Positions 17,746 to 27,524 of a stretch of 64,000 bases of DNA are shown here, piece by piece. A model generated the notes under the pieces. The model was not told the origin of the DNA. It worked only from the letters and a program-made list of their open reading frames with translations, and made no database searches. Origin of the DNA: Roseomonas sp. (GTDB lineage: Bacteria; Pseudomonadota; Alphaproteobacteria; Acetobacterales; Acetobacteraceae); NCBI GenBank assembly GCA_044345845.1, contig JBIJAH010000007.1:40414-104413 (forward strand), given 5' to 3'. The position numbers were made by a program, and so were the translations under genes. Position 1 is the first letter of the stretch; the number at the start of each line of letters is the position of its first letter.

Positions 17746-18207
17746 TTATTCGCCCGCCACACCGCTCCGCGCCACAGCCTGCGCCTGGGCGGCCAGGGCG
17801 CGCGCCATCTGGCTAAGTGCTTCCTGGTGCTTATCATTGTCAATCAGCGCGAAATTACGCGCGAGTTCCAGGCACATGCGCTGGCGCTGAGACATGGAAG
17901 GATCCATGCTTTCAGATTTCAGCCCTTCGAAGAACCAGGAGATCGGGACCCCCAGCACCTGGGCAATGCCGTAAAGCCGGCCCGCGGAAATGCGGTTCAG
18001 CCCACGTTCATACTTATGCGCCTGCTGATAGGTAACGCCGATCATCTTGGCCAATTGCTGCTGTGAAAGTCCAAGCATGGTGCGCCTTTCGCGGATGCGC
18101 GCGCCCACATGCTTATCGGCAGTATTTGCCCTTTGGGTGGAGACAACTTCAGCAATGCCCGTTCCCACCTGCCGATAAGTGTCTTCAATTTCGACGATGC
18201 TGTCCAT
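17746..18207 (-). CDS. XRE-family HTH transcriptional regulator
   Basis: DKHVGARIRERR...GLSQQQLA...VTYQQAHKYERGLNRISAGRL. Confidence 0.9.
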   Translation of the reverse strand: MDSIVEIEDTYRQVGTGIAEVVSTQRANTADKHVGARIRERRTMLGLSQQQLAKMIGVTYQQAHKYERGLNRISAGRLYGIAQVLGVPISWFFEGLKSESMDPSMSQRQRMCLELARNFALIDNDKHQEALSQMARALAAQAQAVARSGVAGE

Positions 18208-18309
18208 AAACCCGATTCCTCAGCGGGGCATCATGCCCCTCGCAGGCTTCGGATTATGCGGAATATTGATGATCAAGCGGTGAATGCGTGGCTAAAAAAT
18301 GCAACACCG

Positions 18310-18906
18310 TCAGCCACGCATGCGTGATTTTAGCGACGCCAATTCGCTGCGCAGCGCCTCAATTTCTTTTTTTAACGCATCGGTTTCATCACTCGCCGCG
18401 TTTTCCTCGCGTCGCGCGAAAGGTGTGAACAGGCTCATCGCACGTTCCATCATCGCGATATTCTGCTTGCCCACTTCCTGCAGATTAGGAACGCTACCCG
18501 GGAAGGGTATGAAGCCGCCCATGGTCTTGCTCAGCGTATCGCGCATCTGTTCCTGCTGCTGGGAGAAGGATGCCATGGCCGCTTCCAGATAGCGCGGCAC
18601 CAGCGATTGCAGGTTATCGCCATAAAGCCCAATCAATTGGCGCAGCACGGTGGTGGGCAGCATGTTCTGCCCCTTGCTTTCCTGTTCCACGATAATCTGG
18701 GTCAGCACGCTGCGGGTGATATCCTCGCCCGACTTGGCGTCATAAACCACGAAATCCCGCCCGTCCCGCACCATGGCGGCCAGGTCGTCCAGGGTGACGT
18801 AGGATGAGGTTTCAGTGTTGTAGAGCCGCCGATTCGCGTATTTCTTGACAACAACTGGGGGCAGGGCCTTCTGCTCACTGGCTTGGGGGGATTGACGACC
18901 CGACAT
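18310..18906 (-). CDS. phaR: Polyhydroxyalkanoate synthesis repressor
   Basis: KKYANRRLYNTETSSYVTLDDL and EDITRSVLTQII. Confidence 0.96.
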   Translation of the reverse strand: MSGRQSPQASEQKALPPVVVKKYANRRLYNTETSSYVTLDDLAAMVRDGRDFVVYDAKSGEDITRSVLTQIIVEQESKGQNMLPTTVLRQLIGLYGDNLQSLVPRYLEAAMASFSQQQEQMRDTLSKTMGGFIPFPGSVPNLQEVGKQNIAMMERAMSLFTPFARREENAASDETDALKKEIEALRSELASLKSRMRG

Positions 18907-18954
18907 GGTAGATTGCCTCAGCTTATTCGGTTATCGCGTGAACCTAGCATGGTT

Positions 18955-18990
18955 CATGCCGCAAGGCGAAAGCCTGTTGCGCCGCAAGAA
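18955..18990. promoter_or_regulatory. Candidate PhaR operator (TGC-N3-GCA) in the phaR/pha divergent intergenic region
   Basis: TGCGCCGCA at 18978-18986 and a related ATGCCGCAAG at about 18956-18965. These resemble the TGCRNYGCA-type PhaR boxes known from rhizobia. Confidence 0.4.
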
Positions 18991-19043
18991 CGTGGCGTCC
19001 GGGTTATATCCGGCGGGGGCTGATGCCGTTATAAAGGCACCCC

Positions 19044-19445
19044 ATGGCTGGGCCCGAGGATCTCGACCGATTGGCGGAAGACTGGATCACGCTCTGGCAG
19101 AGCGAGGTGGCCGGGCTTGCCGCCGATCCGGAACTTGCGGAAAGATGGGCGGCTTTTGCCTCATTGGGCGCCTCCTGGTTCCGGGCGGCGGCGCAGTTCA
19201 GCAAGCCCTTCACGCCAGGTGCCGCACAGCATGAAAGCACCAGCCCACCGCCGCGGCCCGCGCCCGCTGCCGCTCCATCTGGGGCTGGCGGGGATACGGG
19301 CCATGGCGGCGGCGGGGGCGCTGCCCGGGATGCCATGGCCGAGCGGATCGCCACCCTGGAACGGCGCCTGGCCGATCTCGAAAGCGGGGCAGGCGGAGGC
19401 AGCGCGAATCAGCGCCGCCCTCGCCAGCGCCGGCCACGCGCCTGA
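19044..19445 (+). CDS. Small hypothetical protein with a C-terminal coiled coil, PHA-locus associated
   Basis: DLDRLAEDWITLWQSE helical N-terminus, Pro/Gly linker and ERIATLERRLADLE coiled coil; divergent from phaR. Confidence 0.65.
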   Translation: MAGPEDLDRLAEDWITLWQSEVAGLAADPELAERWAAFASLGASWFRAAAQFSKPFTPGAAQHESTSPPPRPAPAAAPSGAGGDTGHGGGGGAARDAMAERIATLERRLADLESGAGGGSANQRRPRQRRPRA

Positions 19446-20463
19446 GGCCTTTCGCGGCGCGGTTCTGAACCGGCTGCTGCGCGCGGATCGGGCGTTGGTG
19501 GCCGGGCTTGCCGCCTATCGCCGCCATCCCTTCCAGCGAGAGGCCGCGCCGGTGCCCGCGATTTGGGCGGAAGAAGACAGCAAATTGCTGGATTATGGCG
19601 GGCAGGGACCTGTAGTGGTCTTTGTGCCTTCTCTGGTGAACCGGGCCTATGTGCTTGATTTGATGCCGGAAGCTTCCTTGTTGCGTTGGCTGCCGGGGCA
19701 GGGCTTTCGCACCTTTTTGCTCGATTGGGGCTGGCCCGGTGAGGCTGAGCGGCACTTTACCCTGACCGATTACATTGCCGGGCGGCTGGAACGGGCGCTG
19801 ATGGCGGCCCCCGGCCCGGTGATTCTGGCCGGTTATTGCATGGGGGGCTTGCTTGGCCTGGCGCTCGCGTTGCGCCGACCTGATTTGGTGCGCGGCTTGG
19901 CGCTACTGGCGACGCCTTGGGATTTTCATGCCGGGCCGGAAGGGGGGGCGCGCGCCCGCGCTGCGGCCGGCGCTTTGCCCGGGCTGGAAGCGCTGATGGA
20001 ACCAACCGGCGCCTTGCCGGTGGATGTGCTGCAAACGCTATTCGCGAGCCTCGATCCCTATGGTATTGCTGAGAAATTCCGCGCTTTTGGCCGGCTTGAC
20101 CAGGCATCCGCTGCAGCGCGGCGCTTTGTGGCGCTGGAGGATTGGCTGAATGATGGCGTGCCGCTGGCCGCCCCGGTGGCGCGGCAATGTATTGGCGGCT
20201 GGTATGGGCGGAATGAACCGGCGGGGCTGGCCTGGCGCGTGGCCGGGCAGGTGGTGGACCCCGCCCTTTGGCAGGGCCCGGCCTTTGCCGCCATTCCGCA
20301 TCGGGACCGCATTGTGCCCCCGGCTTCTGCCCTTGCGCTGACCGAGCGCTTGCGTCACCTCAAGCTGCATATGGCGCCGGCTGGGCATATTGGCATGGTC
20401 GCCGGCATTGCTGCCGAGGCCGCGCTATGGAAGCCTCTGCGCGACTGGTTGCGCGGTTTGTGA
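19231..20463 (+). CDS. PhaC-like alpha/beta hydrolase (compact PHA synthase type)
   Basis: VPSLVNRAYVLDL, LLDWG, lipase box GYCMGG (Cys), RDRIVPP (Asp) and GHIG (His). The start is uncertain; ATG 19231 keeps the GPRPLPLHL segment. Confidence 0.8.
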   Translation: MKAPAHRRGPRPLPLHLGLAGIRAMAAAGALPGMPWPSGSPPWNGAWPISKAGQAEAARISAALASAGHAPEAFRGAVLNRLLRADRALVAGLAAYRRHPFQREAAPVPAIWAEEDSKLLDYGGQGPVVVFVPSLVNRAYVLDLMPEASLLRWLPGQGFRTFLLDWGWPGEAERHFTLTDYIAGRLERALMAAPGPVILAGYCMGGLLGLALALRRPDLVRGLALLATPWDFHAGPEGGARARAAAGALPGLEALMEPTGALPVDVLQTLFASLDPYGIAEKFRAFGRLDQASAAARRFVALEDWLNDGVPLAAPVARQCIGGWYGRNEPAGLAWRVAGQVVDPALWQGPAFAAIPHRDRIVPPASALALTERLRHLKLHMAPAGHIGMVAGIAAEAALWKPLRDWLRGL

Positions 20464-20509
20464 TACCAAGCCGCAAATGACCCATTCTTGAGGAAGGATA
20501 TCAGCCCCC

Positions 20510-21682
20510 ATGACCGAAATCGTGATCGCATCCGCTGCCCGCACCCCGGTTGGCGCCTTCAACGGGGCTTTCGCCTCATTATCCGCGCATGCGCTGGGCA
20601 CTATTGCCATCAAGGCCGCCATGGAACGCGCCCGCATTGAAGGGGCGGAAGTGGACGAAGTGATCCTGGGCCAGATCCTGGCCGCCGGCGCCGGGCAGAA
20701 CCCAGCGCGTCAGGCTTCCGTGAATGCCGGCATTCCGGTGGAACACACGGCCTTTGGCATCAATCAGCTTTGCGGCTCAGGCTTGCGCGCCGTGGCGCTG
20801 GCTGCGCAGCAGATTGCGACTGGCGATGCGCGCATTGTGGTGGCAGGCGGCCAGGAAAGCATGACCCAGGCGCCGCATGCGCAGCAGCTGCGCGCCGGGC
20901 AGAAGATGGGCGATCTTTCCCTGATGGATACCATGTTGCGCGATGGGCTGATGGATGCCTTCCATGGCTATCACATGGGCAATACGGCGGAAAATGTCGC
21001 CCGCGCCTTCCAGATCACGCGCGATGAACAGGATCAATTCGCTTTCAATTCGCAGCGCAAAGCCGGTGAGGCGATGGCGGCGGGCCGTTTCGCGGATGAA
21101 ATCACCCCGGTCACGGTGAAGGGCCGCAAGGGCGATGTGGTGGTTTCCAGCGATGAATACCCGAAGCCAGAAACCACGATGGAAATCCTGGGCAAGCTGC
21201 GCCCCGCCTTTGCCAAGGATGGGTCTGTCACCGCCGGTAATGCTTCCGGCATCAATGACGGCGCGGCGGCGGTGGTGGTGATGAGCGCTGCGGAAGCCGC
21301 CAAGCGCGGCATCACGCCGCTGGCGCGCATTGTGTCCTGGGCAACGGCAGGCGTTGATCCTTCCATCATGGGCACGGGCCCCATCCCGGCATCGCGCAAG
21401 GCTTTGGCGAAGGCGGGTTGGAAGATTGATGATCTTGACCTGATCGAAGCGAATGAGGCCTTCGCCGCGCAGGCCATTGCCGTGAATAAGGATCTTGGCT
21501 GGGATACCAGCAAGGTGAATGTGAATGGCGGCGCCATTGCGATTGGCCACCCGATTGGTGCTTCCGGTGCCCGCGTGCTGACGACCCTGTTGTTTGAGAT
21601 GCAAAAGCGCGGCGCGAAGAAGGCGCTGGCGACACTTTGCATCGGCGGCGGCATGGGTGTTGCCATGTGCCTGGAGCGCTAA
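20510..21682 (+). CDS. phaA: Acetyl-CoA C-acetyltransferase (beta-ketothiolase)
   Basis: [23 protein letters not shown] and LCIGGGMG catalytic motifs. Confidence 0.97.
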   Translation: MTEIVIASAARTPVGAFNGAFASLSAHALGTIAIKAAMERARIEGAEVDEVILGQILAAGAGQNPARQASVNAGIPVEHTAFGINQLCGSGLRAVALAAQQIATGDARIVVAGGQESMTQAPHAQQLRAGQKMGDLSLMDTMLRDGLMDAFHGYHMGNTAENVARAFQITRDEQDQFAFNSQRKAGEAMAAGRFADEITPVTVKGRKGDVVVSSDEYPKPETTMEILGKLRPAFAKDGSVTAGNASGINDGAAAVVVMSAAEAAKRGITPLARIVSWATAGVDPSIMGTGPIPASRKALAKAGWKIDDLDLIEANEAFAAQAIAVNKDLGWDTSKVNVNGGAIAIGHPIGASGARVLTTLLFEMQKRGAKKALATLCIGGGMGVAMCLER

Positions 21683-21709
21683 GCGCTTCCGTCGCGTTTT
21701 ACCCAAAGA

Positions 21710-21750
21710 AAAAGGGCTCGCCAGTGTGATCCGGCGAGCCCTATTTTTTT
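21710..21750. terminator. Bidirectional rho-independent terminator
   Basis: A-run, AGGGCTCGCC-N10-GGCGAGCCCT stem, then ATTTTTTT, lying between convergent phaA and the tartrate dehydrogenase gene. Confidence 0.85.
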
Positions 21751-21757
21751 GAGCTGA

Positions 21758-22831
21758 TCAGAACTTTGCTACGGCTTCAGCGATGGCGCGGCCAACATCC
21801 TCAGTCCCGGCCTGCCCGCCCATATCGCGCGTGCGCGGGCCACCTTCCGCCAGCAGCTTTTCAATCACCGCCAGAATCGCATCGGCTGCCTGTTTTTCGC
21901 CGAGATGTTCCAGCATGATCGCGCCTGACCATATCTGCCCGATCGGGTTGCAGATGAATTTGCCCGCGATATCCGGCGCGCTGCCGTGGACGGGTTCGAA
22001 CATGGAAGGGAAGCGCTTTTCCGGATTGATATTGGCGCTCGCCGCAATGCCAATGGAACCCGCCACCGCCGGCCCAAGATCTGATAGAATATCGCCGAAC
22101 AGATTGGACCCCACCACCACATCAAACCAGTCCGGATGCTGCACGAAATGGGCGCAGAGGATATCAATATGAAACTGATCCGTCGTGATGCCCGGATAAT
22201 TCTTCGCCATTTCGGCGAAGCGTTCATCCCAATAGGGCATGGTGAAGGTAATGCCATTGGATTTCGTCGCACTCGTCACCTTCTTGCGCGCCCTGGTCTT
22301 GGCCAATTCAAAGGCGTAACGCAGCACGCGGTCCACACCGATACGCGTAAAGACGCTTTCCTGGGAGACGAATTCGCGTTCGGTCCCCACAAACATGCGC
22401 CCGCCGCTTGAAGAATACTCGCCTTCCGTATTCTCGCGCACCACGATGAAATCAATATCCTTGGGGCCGCGGTTCGCGAGCGGCGTGGTTGCCCCAGGCA
22501 GCAGCCGGCAGGGGCGCAGATTCACATATTGGTCAAAGCCGCGCCGGATGGGGATGAGCAAGCCCCAGAGCGAGACATGATCCGGCACGCCAGGCCAGCC
22601 CACGGCGCCCAGGAAGATGCTGTCGCTGTCCTTCAGCCGATCCATACCATCATCCGGCATCATTTTGCCGGTCTTGGTGTAGGTTTCGCAGGACCAATCG
22701 TAATGCGTGAGTTCCAAGTCAAAGCCGAAGCGCCGCGCCGCGGCATCCAGCACGCGAAGCCCCTCGGGCGTGGTTTCCTTGCCAATGCCATCCCCTGGGA
22801 TGACGGCGATGCGATGCTTGCGTGTGGCCAT
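21758..22831 (-). CDS. ttuC: Tartrate dehydrogenase / D-malate dehydrogenase (decarboxylating)
   Basis: IAVIPGDGIGKE, PDHVSLWGLL, VRENTEGEYS, NLFGDILSDL and EPVHGSAPDIAGK. Confidence 0.92.
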   Translation of the reverse strand: MATRKHRIAVIPGDGIGKETTPEGLRVLDAAARRFGFDLELTHYDWSCETYTKTGKMMPDDGMDRLKDSDSIFLGAVGWPGVPDHVSLWGLLIPIRRGFDQYVNLRPCRLLPGATTPLANRGPKDIDFIVVRENTEGEYSSSGGRMFVGTEREFVSQESVFTRIGVDRVLRYAFELAKTRARKKVTSATKSNGITFTMPYWDERFAEMAKNYPGITTDQFHIDILCAHFVQHPDWFDVVVGSNLFGDILSDLGPAVAGSIGIAASANINPEKRFPSMFEPVHGSAPDIAGKFICNPIGQIWSGAIMLEHLGEKQAADAILAVIEKLLAEGGPRTRDMGGQAGTEDVGRAIAEAVAKF

Positions 22832-22898
22832 GGGGCGCTCCTGCTATTTCATGATTTACGTCATAACCTGGGATGCGGGCTTTGCCAGCCCTGGGCTT

Positions 22899-24005
22899 TC
22901 AGGCCGCACTGCCGCGCCAGGCTTTCAACAGCCCATGCGCCACGGCAAGCAGCGCTGGGCCGATAAAAAGCCCCAGAAAGCCAAAGGCAATCAGCCCGCC
23001 AAAAACGCCCAGGATAATGAGCGAAAGCGGCATTTCGCTGCTGCGTTTAATAAGAAGGGGGCGGATGATGTTGTCACTGCCTGAGACTATAATGAGACCC
23101 CAAAGCGCCATGAAGATCGCCCAGCCGAGTTGTGCCTCGCTATAAAGCCACGCCGCCGCGCCAAGCCAGGCAACGACTACCAGCGGCCCAAGCACCTGGC
23201 TGATGGAGAAAATCAGCGTCAGGAAGGAAATCACCGCAACGCCCGGTACACCGGCAAGGGCAAGGCCAAGCGCCATTAGCGCTGCCTGGATAATGCCGGT
23301 GCCGACAATACCCCAAGCGACGCCGCGTACCGCGCCTTCAGCTGACGCAACTGCATTACGGCCTGTCTCCCCCGCCAGCCGCCCGGCAATGCCATTTACC
23401 TCACTCGCCAGCTTGTCGCCGCTGGCCCAGAAGGCGGTCGCCACGATCAGGGCGAGGAGAATCTGGACCACGCTTGCCGCCGCCGCTTGCCCGATATCCA
23501 CCAAAAGGCTGGTGATGCGTCCGGCATAGGGGGCGAGCAATTCTGAAAAATCCCCCTGCATATGCAGCAATTGCGGCCACCCATTACGGATTACCCCCCC
23601 AATAAGGGGCAGCCCCGAAAGCCATGCGGGTGGTGCTTCCGGCAGGCCAGCCAGCAGATCACGCGCGACCCTTGATGCATGCGCAATCTGGCCACCCAAT
23701 TCGGGTGTTAGCGCAAGCGCCGGGATGGCGAGCGAAAGGACCAGCAGAAGCAGCATGACGGTTGCGGCGATGCCGCGCGGAATGCCGCGTCGGACCATCG
23801 CTTCACGCAAGGGCCAGGTACCAATGGCGATAAAGCCGCCAAAGGCGATGGCCAGACCGAAAGGTTCCAGCACACGCATGACGCCGTAGAGCAAAAGCGC
23901 AAGCAGCAGCAAAACCGCAGCCCTTTCGGCGAGCATGGCGGTTTGCGTATGGCGCGTTGATGAAGGCCCGGGCGATTCGGTGTTTGGCATGGCTTGCTCC
24001 TGCAA
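22899..24005 (-). CDS. AI-2E family transporter (YdiK-like)
   Basis: Multiple TMs with DNIIRPLLI and LGVFGGLIAFGFLGLFIGP. Confidence 0.9.
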   Translation of the reverse strand: MQEQAMPNTESPGPSSTRHTQTAMLAERAAVLLLLALLLYGVMRVLEPFGLAIAFGGFIAIGTWPLREAMVRRGIPRGIAATVMLLLLVLSLAIPALALTPELGGQIAHASRVARDLLAGLPEAPPAWLSGLPLIGGVIRNGWPQLLHMQGDFSELLAPYAGRITSLLVDIGQAAAASVVQILLALIVATAFWASGDKLASEVNGIAGRLAGETGRNAVASAEGAVRGVAWGIVGTGIIQAALMALGLALAGVPGVAVISFLTLIFSISQVLGPLVVVAWLGAAAWLYSEAQLGWAIFMALWGLIIVSGSDNIIRPLLIKRSSEMPLSLIILGVFGGLIAFGFLGLFIGPALLAVAHGLLKAWRGSAA

Positions 24006-24072
24006 GCATACCCAAGCACATCGTTAGCCTTGAGGGAAAGCTATGGCGCCCCTTGGCCGGCGGGAAGTGCCT

Positions 24073-24828
24073 TCAGGAAGGAATGCCGCCGACAGCGCTG
24101 CGCTTGATGGCGACGCCGGTTGCAAGGCTGTGCCGCGCCTTCACCCTTTCCTCCTGCGATGAAATGGCGATCTCAATTTCAATAAGGACCTGTTCGATGC
24201 GTTCAATATCGGCGTTGTCGTCGCGCACCTGTGTTACAAGATCAGCCGCATAATGCAGCCCCAGGGTCAGGCAGCCGGTATGAAGCCCCTTAATGCGCCC
24301 GACCAGATCATGCACTTCCTCAACACTCTTGGACCGCCTGAGGTCACGCGCGAATGCCGCGCATTGGCCCCGCAAGGAATAGAGGTAGGTTAAAAGTTGA
24401 TCCGGCGCGATATTCAGGCGGTTCAGCGTGGCTGATGGCGGTTCGGCAATCCTCTCCCATGCGGTATTCAGGATTTTTTGCAGTGAACCGCGAGCTTCCC
24501 GCGCGTGAAATGGCTTGACAATATAGTGGCTGATCCCGAGCGTGACCGCCTGCTTCACCGTATCAAGGTCAGCGGCGGCGGTAACCAGCACGAAGGGAAT
24601 TTCCTTGAAGCGTGGCGAAGAACGCACACGTCGTAACAGGTCTATGCCCGACAGGCGCGGCATCTGGACATCACAGCAGCAGATCATGGGGGCGGGTCCC
24701 ATTTCCATCTGCTCCCACGCGTCCTGGCCATCTACCGCTTCAACGACCTTCAATTCGATAAAGCTTCGCATGAGATCGGCCAGCGCCATGCGCGATACGA
24801 TATCATCATCAACTACCAAGGCCCTCAT
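24073..24828 (-). CDS. Response regulator: receiver domain plus a helical C-terminal domain
   Basis: ALVVDDD, phospho-acceptor CDVQMP, LVTA and YIVKPF; ATGA overlap with the kinase gene. Confidence 0.88.
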   Translation of the reverse strand: MRALVVDDDIVSRMALADLMRSFIELKVVEAVDGQDAWEQMEMGPAPMICCCDVQMPRLSGIDLLRRVRSSPRFKEIPFVLVTAAADLDTVKQAVTLGISHYIVKPFHAREARGSLQKILNTAWERIAEPPSATLNRLNIAPDQLLTYLYSLRGQCAAFARDLRRSKSVEEVHDLVGRIKGLHTGCLTLGLHYAADLVTQVRDDNADIERIEQVLIEIEIAISSQEERVKARHSLATGVAIKRSAVGGIPS

Positions 24829-27221
24829 GGCGAAATTCCTTTCATGATATCGTTGAGCATATTGCGAAGCTCAGGCATTTTTTCAGTGATGAGCGCCCAG
24901 TCCCGTTGGTCTGCGGCCTTTTCCAAAAGCGTGCTGGAATTCTGGAGCGCGCCGCCGGGCCAGATGTAGCCAGCACTGCCTTTCAAACCATGAAAGATGT
25001 TCGCCATGGTCGCGAAATCCTGCCTTTCATAGGCTGCCTCAAGTTCAGTCAACCGTGCCTCAAGGCCCTCGCGGAAGGCGGCACGTAAGCGCGTATGAAG
25101 ATCGCTTGTACGATCTTCCTCATCCCGTGCGTGGGCGCTGATTGCTGGCTGTGTCTGCGTATCCGGCAGCGCCACGGGCGTGCCAAAGATCGCATCAAGC
25201 TCCCCTTCGGCGTGATGAAACAGGGGCAGAAGGGGGGCGTTTTCAGCAAGCCGTTTTTCGATGGCGTGCGCGATGCTCTGATGCAGCAGCGATTCATCAA
25301 TGGGTTTGACCAGAAAATCATCCGCACCGCATGACAGATAGAATTTACGGCTTTCATCATCGGCATTGGCGGTCAGCATGATGATGCGGATATTCGGATT
25401 TGGGATGTAAAAATCGCCCTCACCCTCTGCGCGAATGAGGCGAATGGCGGTCGCCCCATCCATTTCCGGCATGCGCCCATCCATGAGAATAAGGTCGTAA
25501 TGTCGTTGCGGCAGAGCTTCCAGTGCCTTTCGGCCATTATCCACAAAATCAACGCGGTGGCCCATTTCCTCCAATAGGCCCTGGATGATGATCTGGTTGG
25601 GCAGAAAATCCTCGGCGCAAAGAATTTGCAATTGATGTGAATGCGGCTGCAAGCGGGTAAGCAGGGCGTTTGCAGGCGTGGTGCCTGGCCTGAAGGGAAT
25701 GACAAAGCTGAAGCAGCTGCCTTCATTGATTTTGCTGGTGAGCCCGATGTCGCCTTCCATCAGCTCAACAAGCTGCCTGCAGATGGCAAGGCCAAGCCCC
25801 GTGCCACCGAAGCGCCTGGTTGTTGACGTATCAGCCTGTGCAAATTTCTGGAAAAGACGGACCTGTGCTTCTGGTGGAATGCCAATTCCCGTATCCTGGA
25901 CGTCAAACCGGATGCGGCTTCTGCCTTCATCCAAGGCTTGCTCCGAAATGGTCAAGGCGACGCTACCCTGATCCGTAAATTTGATGCCATTACCAATCAG
26001 GTTGATCAAAATTTGCTTGAGTCGCGCGGGGTCCCCCAACAGAACATCGGGAACCGCATCATCAATCGCCACCTCAAGCGCGATATTCTTCACCTCAGCG
26101 CGTTCGGCAAGAATTCCAACGCTGTCCGAAATGAGGTGCCGGAGGGAGAAATCAACCTCCTCAAGAATTAGTTTTCCGGCTTCGATTTTGGAAAAATCCA
26201 AGATATCATTCAGTAGATCCAGCAGGAATTCCGCATTAGTTTGCGCCATATCCAGGTTTTGGCGCGTTTTTTCGGTAAGCGCTGTATCACGCAAGGCCAG
26301 TCGTTGCATGCCGATCACGGCCGAGAGAGGTGTACGGATTTCATGGCTGACCATTGCAAGGAACTCGCTTTTGGCGCGGCTTGCATTGTCGGCGGCGTCC
26401 TTGGCGGAAAGGGTCTGTACAAGACCACTCCACACATCCTGCTCAAGTTTTTTTCGTTCCGAAATATCTTCGATTATGCAAAGGCACGCATTTTCCGTGT
26501 TTTCCAGAAATACACTGGCTATATGCACCCGCAGCCATATGACGGAGCCATCATTACTTTCAAATTCCACTTCGACAATGCTGTGGCCTTCTTCGGAGAT
26601 CTCGCCCCACATCGCCTCCATATAACAATCATAGGCTTGTTTGCCGGACAGGATGCGCGATACCGGCTCACCGGTTAGATTCTCGATAGAAGTGGCCAGA
26701 ATTTCAGATGCCTTCGCATTTACCTTGGCGATGACGCCCGCGTTAACCATCACCAACCCTAATGGGACAGATTCAAAATACGTGGCGTCTTTCTGGATGA
26801 GTGTGACGAAGGTGTCGAAATGGGTTCTGGCTGAGACACGCCGAATGCCCTCACTACTGGCGCTGATGTCTTCAAGCCTGACCATGACGACACGCCCTGG
26901 CTGCGAGCAAGCCGCTTCAATACGCAGAAGAAGCAGCCGTAATCCCCTGGGCGTGGGACGAAGCAATTCAATCGCCTGTGAACCACCGGAATTGAGAACA
27001 TCCTCGAGCGTGATGGCAAGCTTGTTGCGACTCTGTTTTTCAAAAAGCTGTGTCAGGGCCAATTGAGTCGTCGGAAGCTTCGCTTCATCCAGCCAAAGGA
27101 GTTCCTTTGCCGCCGGAGAGATGGAAAGACTGTCATTATCCGCATCCCAGGCCAACCAGGCCGCAGCATCCGGTATTGTGGCGTCCGTTGGATCAGGACA
27201 TGCGAGCATTTTGATCGGCAT
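24825..27221 (-). CDS. Soluble hybrid histidine kinase (PAS-PAS-HisKA-HATPase-REC-Hpt)
   Basis: SHEIRTP H-box, NLIGNGIKF, DTGIGI, GTGLGL, LMDGRMP receiver and FHGLKGSAG Hpt; no TM segment is evident. Confidence 0.93.
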   Translation of the reverse strand: MPIKMLACPDPTDATIPDAAAWLAWDADNDSLSISPAAKELLWLDEAKLPTTQLALTQLFEKQSRNKLAITLEDVLNSGGSQAIELLRPTPRGLRLLLLRIEAACSQPGRVVMVRLEDISASSEGIRRVSARTHFDTFVTLIQKDATYFESVPLGLVMVNAGVIAKVNAKASEILATSIENLTGEPVSRILSGKQAYDCYMEAMWGEISEEGHSIVEVEFESNDGSVIWLRVHIASVFLENTENACLCIIEDISERKKLEQDVWSGLVQTLSAKDAADNASRAKSEFLAMVSHEIRTPLSAVIGMQRLALRDTALTEKTRQNLDMAQTNAEFLLDLLNDILDFSKIEAGKLILEEVDFSLRHLISDSVGILAERAEVKNIALEVAIDDAVPDVLLGDPARLKQILINLIGNGIKFTDQGSVALTISEQALDEGRSRIRFDVQDTGIGIPPEAQVRLFQKFAQADTSTTRRFGGTGLGLAICRQLVELMEGDIGLTSKINEGSCFSFVIPFRPGTTPANALLTRLQPHSHQLQILCAEDFLPNQIIIQGLLEEMGHRVDFVDNGRKALEALPQRHYDLILMDGRMPEMDGATAIRLIRAEGEGDFYIPNPNIRIIMLTANADDESRKFYLSCGADDFLVKPIDESLLHQSIAHAIEKRLAENAPLLPLFHHAEGELDAIFGTPVALPDTQTQPAISAHARDEEDRTSDLHTRLRAAFREGLEARLTELEAAYERQDFATMANIFHGLKGSAGYIWPGGALQNSSTLLEKAADQRDWALITEKMPELRNMLNDIMKGISP

Positions 27222-27524
27222 GGCTTTGAGCCTTCACTTTAGAATTTGAAACCAGGGTGCGCGGCATGCACGCCGACCTGCCCCGGCTTCAGATGTTTGC
27301 TGACTAGAAAATGTGCGATGGGTCTGGTCCGTCGTGAACGGGGGGCTGGGGGTGGAGCGGTTGAATTCGATCCTCAGCCTACACAGTAAGAGTGAAACTG
27401 CCCTTAAAATTTGCAATTGCATTGGCCCTTTGGCTTCAGGGGGAATTTGGGCCATCGCGCTTGACCACATCACGACAAAAGGTGACGTTATCCATTCATA
27501 AACCAAGCGCATGGGGGATACGGT

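Noticed and set aside
27234-27512. 92-aa ORF between the divergent kinase and SBP genes
   Set aside because: It has no recognisable motifs and more likely overlaps promoter DNA.
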